Shown: positions 23,801 to 36,000 of the stretch, piece by piece
Position numbering within the stretch: the first letter of the stretch is position 1
Layout: each line of letters opens with the position of its first letter
Assembly: GCF_964213995.1 (NCBI RefSeq)
Contig: NC_135825.1
Span: 18,352,001 to 18,416,000, forward strand
From: Mustelus asterias
Lineage: Eukaryota
Reading direction: 5' to 3'
DNA: 64,000 bases
Made by a program: the position numbers and the translations under genes
Notes under the pieces: model-generated
Told to the model about the DNA's origin: nothing
Seen by the model: the letters and a program-made list of their open reading frames with translations, nothing else
The model's database searches: none

Positions 23801-25579
23801 TTTTGGAAGTATTGATGTAAAACAGTTTAAATGACAAAGGCTGCAAAATGTTTTTTTTCAAGTTATTGTGAAATTGATTATGTTTAAGTAAGCAGCTATA
23901 TTAAACTCTACAGATGGACCAATTTTCAAATGCACCTGGAAATATTAAAATGATATTAATTAAGATTTCCATAAACTTGAAATATCGAGCACTGTAATTG
24001 ACACGAATTGTAACACCCCAAAGCACCCCAAACTGGAATTAGTCACTCACTTCAATAATAGCACTTCCACTGGATACAGCCAACCTTTCCCTACGCAGTT
24101 CCATCTGCCTCAGTCCTGGTCTGTTTGTGGCTTTAACTCCCTTTCAAACTTCTCCCCTGGAAGGATCTTTTCACTTTCCTGGAATTTTCTCTCCTCCTTT
24201 CTTTCCTGTCTCTGTTTTCTTTTTCCTGGAAATCTCATTCTCCTTTTTCTGTTCTCTCCTGACCTTTCCTTTCCTCTTTTTTTCTTTGAAATTCTAACTA
24301 ATTTCTGCTGCTCCAGCTTTGTCTTTGCTGATGCTAGGCTGCCCATTTCACATTTCATGCCCATCTCCTGTTCTTCAGCTTCCATTGAAATGTAGCTGGC
24401 CAGAGGTTTGAGGATTTATATTTTCCTAGCTTTTGAGCAGAAATTCATTTCTAAATGTTCATCTCTTCAATATAAAAAACTTTGGAAGTATCTCAAGGCA
24501 ATCTTTCTCTGCGATGGCACTTTCCTCATATGTGGTCATGTTAAGATTTCTAGTATTGTATTCCACAAAGAAATTCCTATCTGGAAGGTTAAAAATACTT
24601 TTAAGGATCAATTTGATTTTGCGCTTCCAATTCCTCATTGTCGATGAATCCGTCGCAGATCCTGCCCCCAAATATTTGTTAAGATCGGGCGGGAAATGTT
24701 AGAATGGCTCCCTGCTCTTTCCACCCCGCGTTAGATGACTGCAATAGGTGTTTTTAAAGGATTTGTTTACCAACTCAGTGAATGTTTAACTATTTAAATG
24801 CTGTGACCGTAAAGGGCACAGACAGGTTTTTCACATGCATTCAAAACACACACACACACACAAAGTCCAATAACGCCGATTGTATAAGGATCTTATAGAT
24901 TGATGGCTTGGATAGTTTCAGACCAGACCTGATGCTCTTTCCTGATACTGCATCAAAGCAACTCTCAGATGTTTATGGACAATTTCTATCTTCCCACTGT
25001 CAGCAGCTGCTGTGTTGATACTTAAGATGCTGCCTACTGTGTGTGAATGGTGATGAACAGATAGGGCACAAGCTTGCAGGACAGTTGGAGAGAGAGAGAG
25101 AGGGTGCTAACTGAGGATCTTTCTGGTCTCACTTTGACTGACCCGGAAAGAAGTAACATCTTAAAACACAAAGAGGGCTAGCTTGCTCATCACGTGATCT
25201 CCTCTCACTAACTGGCCAGTTATCCAAACATGGTCATAGCGAGTTAATTTCATGGTCACTATTTAAAAGTTATTAGATTATATGGCTGATGGAGTTCCTT
25301 TCTCAGCTAAGGTCCATTGTCCAAGATGAATGATTTCATGGCTTTATCCCACACCCACCTGAATCTATAGGTTAAGTCTGGACGTGTTGTGAATGGTTCA
25401 GGAGATGGGCCACGCATCACTTTTCAAATGCTGTTGTTCAGCTTTTTTTAAACTTATCTACTGGGTTCAGCCCCTCAATAAATGAAGTAATTTTCAATAT
25501 AAAACATGATTTCAGAACATTATCAAAGATAGTGAAATGATAAAATACGCTTACCTGTTCCAAGTAGAAGCTTTGCCAT
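5592..25579 (-). CDS. chia: Chitinase gene B, acidic mammalian chitinase-like (signal peptide, GH18, Gly/Ser linker, CBM14), 480 aa
   Basis: Exons 25579-25555, 21458-21429, 21342-21141, 16918-16862, 16421-16271, 14910-14786, 13316-13190, 13086-12904, 11715-11599, 8748-8613, 5881-5592 total 1443 nt in frame, all GT-AG. Motifs [48 protein letters not shown]. Confidence 0.95.
6162..6465 (+). mobile_element. HE1-type SINE
   Basis: Same consensus. Confidence 0.9.
7353..7686 (+). mobile_element. HE1-type SINE
   Basis: Same consensus. Confidence 0.9.
8613..8748 (-). CDS. chia: Gene B exon 10
   Basis: 136 nt, [34 protein letters not shown]. Confidence 0.94.
8855..9890 (+). mobile_element. Old degraded CR1 LINE, also present in gene C intron 9 (about 39662-40775)
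   Basis: ISKFADD-like and FTQRVIWLWNAL remnants at the same position next to exon 10 in both genes. Confidence 0.75.
10243..10369. mobile_element. Short MITE; related copies near 14460-14570, 17430-17557 and 48240-48493
   Basis: GGGCGGGATTTTA...TAAAATTCCAGCC inverted termini; absent at the matching gene C site. Confidence 0.65.
10405..11472 (+). mobile_element. Young 5'-truncated CR1 LINE
   Basis: Open 303-aa RT C-terminus ([21 protein letters not shown]) and (TTCTATG)n tail. Confidence 0.95.
11599..11715 (-). CDS. chia: Gene B exon 9
   Basis: 117 nt, ICSLLKSG...[24 protein letters not shown]. Confidence 0.94.
12904..13086 (-). CDS. chia: Gene B exon 8
   Basis: 183 nt, NYTMKFWRDHGAPSEKLNVGFATYGHTF...LSYYE. 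Confidence 0.95.
13190..13316 (-). CDS. chia: Gene B exon 7
   Basis: 127 nt, [27 protein letters not shown]. Confidence 0.94.
14786..14910 (-). CDS. chia: Gene B exon 6
   Basis: 125 nt, [41 protein letters not shown]. Confidence 0.93.
15421..15752 (+). mobile_element. HE1-type SINE
   Basis: Same consensus. Confidence 0.9.
16271..16421 (-). CDS. chia: Gene B exon 5 (catalytic DxDxE)
   Basis: 151 nt, [24 protein letters not shown]. Confidence 0.95.
16862..16918 (-). CDS. chia: Gene B exon 4
   Basis: 57 nt, [18 protein letters not shown]. Confidence 0.95.
17825..18182 (-). mobile_element. Rex-Babar/L2-type LINE 3' fragment
   Basis: GKRYKSLRT..RLKNSFSPAAIRLLN C-terminus; related inverted copy at 19100-19470. 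Confidence 0.65.
19100..19470 (+). mobile_element. Rex-Babar/L2-type LINE 3' fragment with (ATCAA)n tail
   Basis: Reverse-complement match to 17825-18182. Confidence 0.65.
20209..20530 (-). mobile_element. HE1-type SINE
   Basis: Same consensus. Confidence 0.9.
21141..21342 (-). CDS. chia: Gene B exon 3
   Basis: 202 nt, [17 protein letters not shown]...NSLKNK. Confidence 0.95.
21429..21458 (-). CDS. chia: Gene B exon 2 (signal peptide)
   Basis: 30 nt, [11 protein letters not shown]. Confidence 0.92.
21858..22960 (-). mobile_element. Young 5'-truncated CR1 LINE
   Basis: Open 335-aa RT ORF 21937-22944; absent at the matching site in gene C. Confidence 0.95.
23465..23778 (-). mobile_element. 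HE1-type SINE
   Basis: Same consensus. Confidence 0.9.
24008..25241 (-). mobile_element. Degraded LTR retroelement: LTR-like part about 24677-25241, PBS-like TGGGGGC, Glu/Lys-rich gag-like remnant
   Basis: TTAACA followed by ATTTGGGGGC on the minus strand; LTR-like part also at 1-110 and 61660-62160. Confidence 0.4.
25555..25579 (-). CDS. chia: Gene B exon 1
   Basis: MAKLLLGT, GTAAG donor. Confidence 0.92.
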
Positions 25580-25925
25580 CTTGCAGCTGGTGTGTTGTGG
25601 GCATCGGCTCTCTCTTTTATACACTGAGTTTATCATTAGTGCTAAATAACTCCAAACATCATTAACTTTATCATTGGGAAAGGGTCAGGCACAATGGAAA
25701 AACAACAAGCTTTATTTAACCTTCATGATATCATTTTCACCTTCCTGTGAGTAACAACATTTCTCCTCTGCAATGTCACCTGGTTTGTCGACATTCATTG
25801 TTGCCCCAGATTTGTTCTTGCACTAGAAACAAGTACTTGGTGGGAAGGGTCGTGGGTCCCATGTTGGTTTAATATGGGATCAGGAAGAGCGGGAAAGCTT
25901 GTTCTTCAGCTCCAGGTCGGTATGG
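25580..25925 (-). promoter_or_regulatory. Gene B 5'UTR and proximal promoter: TATAAAA 25621-25615, TGATAA 25630-25635 and 25668-25673
   Basis: Homologous to promoters of genes A and C. Confidence 0.7.
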
Positions 25926-26099
25926 AGCTTCTGTTGGGCAGCACAGGGTGAGTGAACTGCTGAGCAATTCAGAAATCAAACTGATCCTGCAAGACAAGCA
26001 GAATTCTAATTTAAATAAAGTATTTCTGCCTTTCAATGTTCCTGACATGAGCTTTTGACATCAGCACAAACATTTTAACCAATATTACAAATGGTGCAC

Positions 26100-27010
26100 T
26101 TTCAACCATCTACAAGGCACAAGTCAGGAGTGTGATGGAATACTTCCCATTTGTCTGGATGGGTGCATCTCCAACAGCACTTTAGCAGAGGTGATGGCCT
26201 CATGCTATTATTGCTAGACTATTAATCCAAAAATTCAACTAATGTTCTGGGGACCCGTGTTTGAAACCTGTGACAGTAGATGGTGGAATTTGAACTCATT
26301 AAAAAATATCTGGAATTAAGAATCTATTGATAACCATGAAGCCATTGTCAATTGTTAGAAAAACCCATCTGGTTCACTAATGTCCTTTAGGGAAGGAAAT
26401 CTGCTGTCCTTACTTGGTCTGGCCTACATGTGACTCCAGAGCCACAGCAATGTGGTTGATTCTCAACTGCCCTCCAAGCTTAACTAGGGATGGGCAATAA
26501 ATGCTGGCCAGCCAGCAACACCCATGTCCCATGAAGTAATAAAAAAACTCAAGAAGCTTGACACCATCCAGGACAAAGCAGCCCGCTTGATTGGCACCAC
26601 ATCTGCAAACATTCAATCCCTCCCCCACCGACGCTCAGTAACAGCAGTGTGTACTATCTACAAAATGCACTGCAACAATTCACCAAAGATCCTTAGACAG
26701 CACCTTCCAAACCCACGACCACTTCCATCTAGAAGGACAAGGGCAGCAGATACATGGGAACACCACCACCTGCAAGTTCCCCTCCAAGTCACTCACCATC
26801 CTGACTTAGAAATATATCGCCGTTCCTTCGCAGTCGCTGGGTCCAAATCCTGGAATTTCCTTCTAACAGCATCGTGGGTCAACCCACAGAGTATGGACTG
26901 CAGAGATTCAAGAAGGCAGCTCACCACCACCTTCTCAGGGGCAACTAGGAATGGGCAATAAATGCTGGCCAGCCAGCGACGCCCATGTCCTGTGAATGAA
27001 TTTTTTAAAA
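26100..27010 (+). mobile_element. CR1/L2-group LINE 3' fragment with nested SINE (26185-26548, possibly DeuSINE/SacSINE1-like)
   Basis: IYKAQVRSVMEY...LKKLDTIQDKAARLI; SINE shares the LINE 3' tail; related SINEs near 8140-8460, 27035-27375, 33877-34238. Confidence 0.65.
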
Positions 27011-28279
27011 ACAGAATAGGTTAGGGAGAGTAAATGGCAGAGTGGTGATGTTTCTGAACCAGTAATCCAGAAGCCTGAGTTAATGCCCTGGAATAGTATC
27101 TGGTTAAACTTAATTAATGAATCTGCAATATAAAGATGGCTTCAGTAATAGTGACTACGAAATTATCATTGATTGTTGTAAAAGTTCATCTGGTTCACTA
27201 ATGTCTTTTCATGGGTGGAAATCTCCCATCCTTACGTGATCTGGATAACATGTGACTGCAGACCCACAGTGGAGTGGTTGACTCTGAAATGGCCGGTCAG
27301 GGGCAATTATGGATGGGAAGCAAATGCTGGCCTTTCCACTCATGCCCACCTCCCATGAAAGAATAAAGAAAAAAATGGCCTCCTGCCTTACATGTTGGGG
27401 GTACTGTCGACCTTTTATTGTCCAAAAATGGTTGCTGTACAATTTCGTTTGGAGGCCAGAGAGTCCTTGAAATTACTATTATGAATTATCAGAATTCCAA
27501 TCAGAGTCTGCCAAACAATATGTAAGGCTGAAGGTAAAGTAAATGAGCCAAGAAAATGGTTAATGAATAAAATGAAGAACACTGAATAAGCTCAATGGAT
27601 TCTGTTTCCTAATCCTTCTCCTATTTCTTCTGTTCGGGAAATAGCCAACAATTTAAGTTAGTCTTAAATCACGCCTGTGCCTGGTTCTTTAGTAAAGCTA
27701 TCCAATTAATCTATTAAATCTTCCAATTTTCCCATCAAATATCTATCTAATTGTCTTTTGAATGGTTCTGAAGCAGGGCCCACCATCCTTTCAGACAGGG
27801 AATTCCAGTTAAAAACAACTCGCTGCACGCAAAAATGTTTCCTCATGACAAGCTTAAATTGCCACCCTCGGGTTACAGACTTGGTGTGGGCAAGCATGGC
27901 CACCCAGTGTTTGTTCGGGTAGCATTGAAATTCCTAATAGGTGTGAGTAGCTCCACCATTCAATGCAAGTGAGAGTGAAATTCCCATTTCAATGGGGCAC
28001 AATGTCTATCTGTGTTTATTCCATTGGGCTCCTTTTACTGAAATAACTGATTTTTAATTTAATTTTACATTTTAACCTGAAGAATAGTAGAGTGATCTGG
28101 GATTCAGAGGCTGCTGTCAAATTTATGAGGGAAATTGAATCCAATAAAGCTGATGTCAGATGTTTCATTTTTGATAGTTTAATCCAAATCATTAAAATAC
28201 TAATTAAAACCTTTTACAGAATTCTTCATAAACAACAGCTAGAATGATGTGTAGAAGACCTGCTGTGGGAGAGGGAAGA

Positions 28280-29940
28280 CAGAGGGAATTCTGCCGTGGT
28301 GGGTAAGTTTGCTAAATCTCACAATGGTCAGCTCATTAATTATGCAGCCACGTGATTCACAACGAGTCTTGTTGCAGGGTGGACTGGAAATTGGCTGCCG
28401 TGCTGTCATGTCCAGGCACCATATTGAAAAGCTACATGGACAACCCTTCATTAACGGTGCCTGGAACGTTGCAGGAAGGTTGCAAACTCCAACCCCCAAA
28501 TGTTGCAATGCCTCCTCAGAGGGTCTCCTCCAGGTCATGGGCTTTCTCTTTCAAACTGATGGAGCAGGTGGCTTCCCACAACTGATCACGACCTGGGAGT
28601 ATGCCACCAGGGCGGTCAGCACCCAACGGGTCCATAGGTGGACAACCCTGCAGTACACGGAACAGGTCAAACATCTAATCTGTTCCGCCAGGGAAGATGA
28701 ACCTTATGCTCATTCCAAACTCACATCACCACTCATTTTTGCCCATCTCTAACTGTCTTGAGGAAGTGGTTCTGTGCTGTCTTTGTGAAACGCTGCAGTC
28801 CATACACTGTGTTGTTAGGGAGGCAACTTCAGGATTTTGACTGAGCCACAGTGAAAGCACAGCCAATGGGTGTGAAGTGCAGGAGTTGCTAATCCCAAAT
28901 GCCTGCAGCCATTGCCTGTTTAGTAGGCAGCACTCACAAGTATGGAGGGTAATATCAAAGGAGCCTTGCTGAGTTGCTGCAATGCATCTTGTACACTGCT
29001 GCCACTGCATTGGTGGTGGAGTGACTGAATGTTAAAGGTGATGGTGAATGGGGTGCTGATCAAGCGGGCTGAATTGTCCTGGATGTTGCCAAGCTTATTA
29101 AGTTTCTGTGGAACTGCACACATGCTGCCTATGGGAGAGTAATCCATCATAGTCCTGACCTGTGCCATGTACATAGTGGTAAAGTTTTAGGGAGTCAAGA
29201 GGTCAGTTAGAAGCCACATAATTAGCAACTTGTGACCTGGTCTTTCACCACACTTACTCACAATCAATCCATCTGTCTTTGTTCAGAAGAGGACAACAGG
29301 GGAGAGAGAGGGAAGATGGGAGATGGATTGTCAGAGCTGTTATCCCCTCACTGCATCTGAGCAACAGGCTGCAGAACTGGCAGGGGAGGATAGGGACCCT
29401 GTGCCGAGGGTGAGGCCGGCCTCTCCCAGTAATCCAGTGAGGAAGCATGTGTTATCCTGAGACCTTCAGAAACTCAATGTGATTTCTGTGAGTAATGTTT
29501 GAGCCCAGACAGTCACTCATTCTCAAGTTTCTCCATTCCAGGCTCCAGCAAGAAAAGGGAAAGACCAGTCCTCTCCTATGAAAAAAGCCCAAGAACCAAG
29601 ACCTCCTCCTCGGAAGACGTCCTCTCATCTGTAGACCAGATCTGCATTCACCTGCACCCTCCCCCAGCCCAGAGAGATACACACTTGTATCACAGGCTCA
29701 GGTTCACACTCCTGTGGTCACTTCATACACATGGGTGTATAGCAGGCGCAGGCAAGGACAGTCAAGGTTTCTGGCATTCGGAGGACTTAGAGTCCACAAC
29801 CTGCTAAATCCAAGTCAGATGATGATCCTATGGAATTGACTATCAAGGAATTGCTGGAGATCCAATGAGAAGCACGGGAACATCAGTCAGAAGTGTCAGA
29901 GGCCTCAGTGGAGGAGTCCGTCCACATGCTTTCTGATATC
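28280..29940 (+). mobile_element. Harbinger-like Myb/SANT gene remnant with nested LINE fragment (28730-29250)
   Basis: TWEYATRAVS..RWTTLQYTEQVKHLICSAR resembles trihelix Myb/SANT helices. Confidence 0.45.
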
Positions 29941-30133
29941 ATAGATCATAGAAACCCTACAGTACAGAAAGAGGCCATTCGGCCCATCGAGTCTGCACCA
30001 GCCACAATCCCACCCAGGCCCTACCCCCATATCCCTACATATTTACCCACTAATCCCTCCAACCTACGCATCTCAGGACACTAAGGGCAATTTTTAGCAC
30101 GGCCATTCAACCTAACCCGCACATCTTTGGACT
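29940..30133 (-). mobile_element. HE1-type SINE, 3' half only
   Basis: Tail and body without tRNA head. Confidence 0.8.
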
Positions 30134-31050
30134 GCTCTGGATTTCATTGCGATAATCTAATGTGTCTTAAGTAACCACAGATATATCTTGATGTTATTAC
30201 ATTAACTGTTGTGATAAATGATTTGGTTATGAGCAAATTGATTTTAGAATTAATATTTAAATTAGCAGAGAATCACACAAATGAAAATTATTTGACTATT
30301 TCTAAATGGAAACTGATGCAATGATGCTGACACCATATCTGAGAATGATAATTGTGTGAGTCTCAAATCAGCGCCTAGACCCGGAAAACAATGGTGGGAT
30401 GTTCCAGCCGCCCCTCCCCACCCCCCTACATCAAGGACCTCCTGTCCCATCAAATGCTAAGGCCTTTCAGTTGGGTTGCCAAATCTCCCACAGAGGGTTC
30501 TACCAAAATAGGGTCAAAAACTCCCAGCCAGTGACAATTCTTGATTTATTAAAGTTGTTTTATTTTTCTGCATTCCTTGATTCTCCCTGTAATATATTTT
30601 CTTCCTTCCAGCAAACAAAATAACTTGAAGGCTAAGTAGAGAAAACATTTGATTGGGCACTCTCAGCTATTTTATTTTGGATATTTAATTCCCTCTGTCT
30701 CATATTTATTTGCACTCACATAGAAACATTCAGGTGTCAGGTGGATCATACTCCGAAGGTTGGGTCAATATCTCACCCACACACGAGGAAGCAGCATCCA
30801 AATAACATTGAAGTTCAACAACACTCAAGTGGCTCAATACCATACGGGACAAAGCAACTCATATGATCAGTGCCCAAATCGCCAACTCAAATATTCACTC
30901 CCTCCACCAGTGATGGAGAGTGGCAGCTACATGTAGCATCTGCAAGATGCACTACAGCAACTCATCAGGTCTCTTTCGACAGCGTCTTCCAAACCTGCAA
31001 CCTCGATCATCTAGAAAGACAAGGGCAGCAGATACATAGGGATACCCCCA

Positions 31051-31311
31051 TGTAATAACTCAGGAAGCCAACTGGAAAGGAATGATGTTTATTACAAATC
31101 ATAAAGTTGAACCACTACACTGTGGCATATATATATAAGTCCATCCAGGACAATAATTCTGCAGAATCTTCCTGGAGTCTGCCTTATAAAAGGTCTTGCG
31201 ATGAGTTCCATCTGGGCACGCAATTGCCTGTTACCAAGAGAACTCGCATTCAACGAGCCCCACAGGGAGACCAATTATAGTGTCCCCATGGAACTCATGG
31301 GGGTTATCACA
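31051..31311. mobile_element. Short solo-LTR-like element nested in a LINE fragment; partial inverted copy at about 12647-12790
   Basis: TGTAATAAC...GTTATCACA termini; no clean target-site duplication seen. Confidence 0.5.
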
Positions 31312-31964
31312 CATCACCTTCAAGTTACTCTCCAAGTCACACATCGTCCTGACTTCAAACAATATCACAATTCCTTCACTATCACTGGGTCAAAATATTG
31401 GAAGTTCCTCCCTCGCAGCACTGTGGGTTTGTCCACATAACTGGACTGCAGCAGTTCAAGAAGGCTGCTCACCACCAATTTTTCAATTGTAGTTAGGGAG
31501 TGGGAACAAGATGTCTTGTCAGTGACACTCATGTCCAAAGAATTTTTTAAAAAACTAATTAAAGAAAGTTTCCTTTGACGGGTTGGAATCTAACTGAAAA
31601 TGACGTTTTCACATTGGAAATGTACTGCCAATTTGAATTTCATCACACGTTATTTCTGCCTCCTGGATAACTAATTAATCTGCTACATAAATTATGAGTT
31701 TCATTTTCTCCTGTGAAAAAATGTCAATCGGATGTAGCATACAAAAACTAAATTATTTTCATTTTCCTTCCTGTGTTGAACACAGAAATGCTTTCCCTGT
31801 GATGTGCTGGAATGAGTGTAGATATCGGAGAGCTGTGCTTTGTCTTTGTGTCAAAGTTTCAAATGTCTGTTTCTGCCTTAAACTGTTACATTAGAAATGA
31901 GTTCATGCTGGTGATATACAGCAGATAGTGTTATATTTCAATCATTAAAAACACCAGTAAACTG

Positions 31965-32143
31965 TTTTCTTAATGAACCAATGATTTTATTTTGCGGTTT
32001 AAACTGCAATTCACTCAATCTTCAGTTGAGACAAATTAGATGTGGTACATTAATGGTCTTCATCCACAAAATAGTGTCACTTCAGTAATTAAACTGAAGA
32101 CCAGTTATAGCTTCACGGGTGCCCAATGAAGATTGGCGGCAGG
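31965..32143 (-). other. Predicted non-coding terminal exon of gene C with AATAAA at 31991-31986
   Basis: TTTTTCCAG acceptor at 32145-32144; homologous to 4310-4484. Confidence 0.6.
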
Positions 32144-32798
32144 CTGGAAAAATAAAGAGTATTTTAGTGTTCTCTTCTTCAACAATAATGTTCCAATATC
32201 ACATCAGTCGCATTAAAAACAGTTTTTACATTAGGTCTGTTCTTTAATTATAATTCTTTTCTTGTTTTCTCGCCTTTCTTCTTCCCCAACAACACATCTT
32301 CACCCAACAGAACTGATCAGGACCACACACACATAGAATTCCCCAATTCCACAACCAGGTTCTGGAACATATATGGAAAAGCAGTTTTGTGAAAATGTCA
32401 TTGCAAATGTTCATGATGTCAGAGCATTGCCGCGGGGACTGCACTGGTTCAAGATAGCGGCTAATCAAGGGTAATAGGGGATGGGCAATAAATACTGCTG
32501 ATGTCAGTGACACCCATATTTCATAACCCAACACAAACTACACCAATATGAGATCATAACATCCATTTCAACCCAAAATGAACCTGCATTCATTTGACAT
32601 GCACATTGTCAGGAGTTGACCAAATTGCACTCACAGCAAGTAAATTTTACCATACATGTTGAAGTCCTGATGCATTATTTTATGATGCCTGATAAAGGCT
32701 ATTTTAGCATTTTAGACCACCTCAACATTATTGTTTTCAACAGAATGCCTGCTTTGAATTGTTACTTTGATTAATGAACAAGCCTACCTTTTCCTTTC

Positions 32799-33025
32799 TC
32801 ATTTCGGCCAGTTGCAACAGGTACAGGAAGAATCAAAGACTAATCCAGTAACACAACTCTTCTGGTAGGTCAGTCCATTGTCACATTGATAAAATTTGGT
32901 CTTGCTCTTCGGATCAGCGTAGGTCCCGTTAGCTTTGTCAGCGCAGAACCCAGTTCCACCACTACCACCGGGGGAATGACTAGGAGGAACAGCTGGTGGC
33001 AGTGTTGTTTTCGATGGAACACAAA
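32799..33025 (-). CDS. chia: Gene C exon 11 (short linker and CBM14)
   Basis: [10 protein letters not shown]...[10 protein letters not shown]...SCTCCNWPK-stop. Confidence 0.94.
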
Positions 33026-36000
33026 CTAGAAGCAAATAAAGTTCACAAATTCATTGCCTGCTTCAAGGTTAGCAAACGAAGATAAACATTGCAAAATTAA
33101 GGGCTGTTGGTGCACTGAAAAGCCTCAGGTGGAGCTCAATTTCTTATGGTATCGGAAATGAGCTGCTTGGAAACCCAGTTAAATAAGAGTTACTGAGGAA
33201 ATCCTGTAACATAGCCAATTCTGCCTGGAGTGTTGGAATGCAGATGTTGAAGTATGATATAAATACAGAATGATTTTACGTCAAGTTAGACAAAATGTTA
33301 CTGAATCCTGTCTGATAAAAAGCTTGATAAATTTCTATGACAATACATTATCCTTTTAAATTCCACAACTACAAAGCACATCTTCCATTTATTAATATAA
33401 TAGAATCCTACACTAACATTCAGCCCATCGAGTCTGTACCGACCACAATCCCACCCAGGTCCTATTCCCACAACCCCACACATTTACTCTGCTAATCCCC
33501 CTGACACTAGTGTCAATTTAGCATGGCCTATCCAGCTAGCTCACACATCTTTGGAGCGTAGGAGAAAACCGGAGCACCCAAAGGAAAGCCACGCAGACAC
33601 AGACACATGTGCAAACTCAACACAGACAGTCACCCGAGGCCGGAATTGAACCTGGGACCCTAGCGCTGTGAGGCAGCAGTGCTAACCACTGTGCCATCAT
33701 GCCACCCTATCAATAACAATTAGCAATGCATTCTGAATGTAACAACCAGCACAGATTCATGACTTTGCCCATTAGTATTGTTATGAGCATGTGTTATATC
33801 AAATATTAATTTAAAATTAAGAAATTAATTTATAATGTTGTTGATTGGATATTCATGTATATTGACCTTTTTGAATGGCAAGGTGGTGGTGCTGTCACTG
33901 GACTATTAATCCAGAGACCTAGGGTAATTCTCTGGGGATGAGGGTTCAAATCTCACGGCAGATGGTGAAATTTTAATTTAAAATTCTAATGATGACCATG
34001 AAACCTTGGTCGATCGCAGTTTTAAAAAAAATTTGGTTCACTAATGTCCTAAAGAGAAGGAAATCTGCCACCTTTACCTGCTCTGGCCTACATGTGACTC
34101 CAGATCCACAGCAACATGGTTGACTCTTAAATACCCTCCAAGTTGGTTTAGCAAGCAACTCAGTTGAAGGGCAATTCAGGATGGGTAACAAATGCTGGCC
34201 CAGCCAGTGACACTCACATCCCATGAATGAATAAAAAAGGCACTTTTCCTCAGCAGAGGACACTAGCTTTCAGCAATTACCATGTTCTATTTGTTAAGAA
34301 CACAAACTGCTTTTTATGGAATCCAGGAAATCTCAGAGAGAGGTCTTCTAATCCAGATCTGGGCTGAAAAGATACTGGATTTTGCATAGTCAAAGAGAGA
34401 TTGCATCAGGGCCAACAGCCATGCCCCATCTCTCTTTTTTCTGAAAATTGATCAAAGCTGAGCTATTTGTGATTTGAAAATCCCAGCAGAAGAACTTATT
34501 GCTACAAGCTGAAAATGCCAGAAGGAGAACTCTGAAACATAACTTTTGTCTCCAGGGAAAAACACTAAGGAGCAGCAGCTGTTGTGGACCAGGACCCTTC
34601 GGCCACAAACAAGCATCTGGCCACCCCATAATTTTTTCTTCTCCAACTCTACTTTTATTTGATCAATTTTTTAAACATCTCATAATCTGTGGAACCTTAT
34701 TGCCTGTTTGCATGCCTGTCGAGTGGGGAATGGGTTTCCTGGATTGTCTCTGTTAGATATTGGTCGGACTGGCTGAGGAATGATGCTGAGACATTAGTAC
34801 ATCTAAATAATAACCAGTTTATTAGATTTAGCTGAACTACATACAGATGCTTATATCTAGCTGATGGTTTGCTGAAGCTAGAAACATTCGCATTCTCGAT
34901 TCCTGGTCATGTGTCTCTTGCATCATTATTATGGCCAGTGCTTTCTATACACGAAGCCTCACAATCCTAATACTACACAGAGTGGGTCTGCTGTTTTTGC
35001 ATTAGTGAGCATTTGGACATATTTATTCATTTTAAGCCTTTTGTTAGTAATTTCTGCATCTTTACCTGAGTTGGTTTTAGCAATAAAGCTGAATCTTTAC
35101 TTACAGAATCATAGAATCATAGAACCCCTACAGTGCAGAAAGAGGCCATTCGGCCCATCGAGTCTGCACCAACAACAATCCCACCCAGGCCCTATCCCCA
35201 TATCCATACATATTTACCTGCTAATCCCTCTAACCCTCATATTTACCCACTAATCCCTCTAATCTACGCATCCCAGGACACTAAGGGGCAATTTAGCTTG
35301 GCCAATCAACCTAACCCGCACATCTTTGGAGTGTGGGAGGAAACCGGAGCACCCGGAGGAAACCCACGCAGACACGGGGAGAATGTGCAAACCCCACACA
35401 GACAGTGACCCAAGTCGGCAATTGAACCCAGGTCCCTGGCGCTGTGAGGCAGCAGTGCAAAACAGTGTGCCACTGTGCCACCCATTTCTGGTCCAGAAGC
35501 CAGGGAATGTAAAGAGAAGTCCCAAGAAGGCCGAAGTCAAAGGGATAGAGAACTGGAATATGAACAGGGTAAAGTTCACTGAAGTTAAAGGCAGAGCCGA
35601 AAGGTGAAGAACAGAGAGGGCGGCACAGTGGCACAGTAGTTAGCACTGCTGCCTCACAGCGCCAGGGACCCGAGTTCAATTCTGGCCTTGGGTGACTGTG
35701 TGGAGTTTGCACATTCCCCCTGTGCCTGCGGGGTTTCTTCTGGGTATTCTGGTTTTCTCCCACTGTCCAAAAATGCGCAGGTTAGGTGGATTGGCCATAC
35801 TAAATTGCCCCTTAGTGATCCAAATTGTTTTGTTTAGATGGATTAGCCATGGTAAATGTGAGGGGTTATAGAACAAAGAACAAAGAAAATTACAGCACAA
35901 GAACAGGCCCTTTTGCCCTCCAAGCCTACACCGACCATTCTGCCTGACTTAACTAAAACCCCCTACGCTTCCGGGGACCATATCCTTCTATTCCCATCTC

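Noticed and set aside
24110-24385. Lys/Glu-rich ORF as an extra exon
   Set aside because: Low complexity, absent from gene C intron 1, and exons 1 and 2 already join in frame
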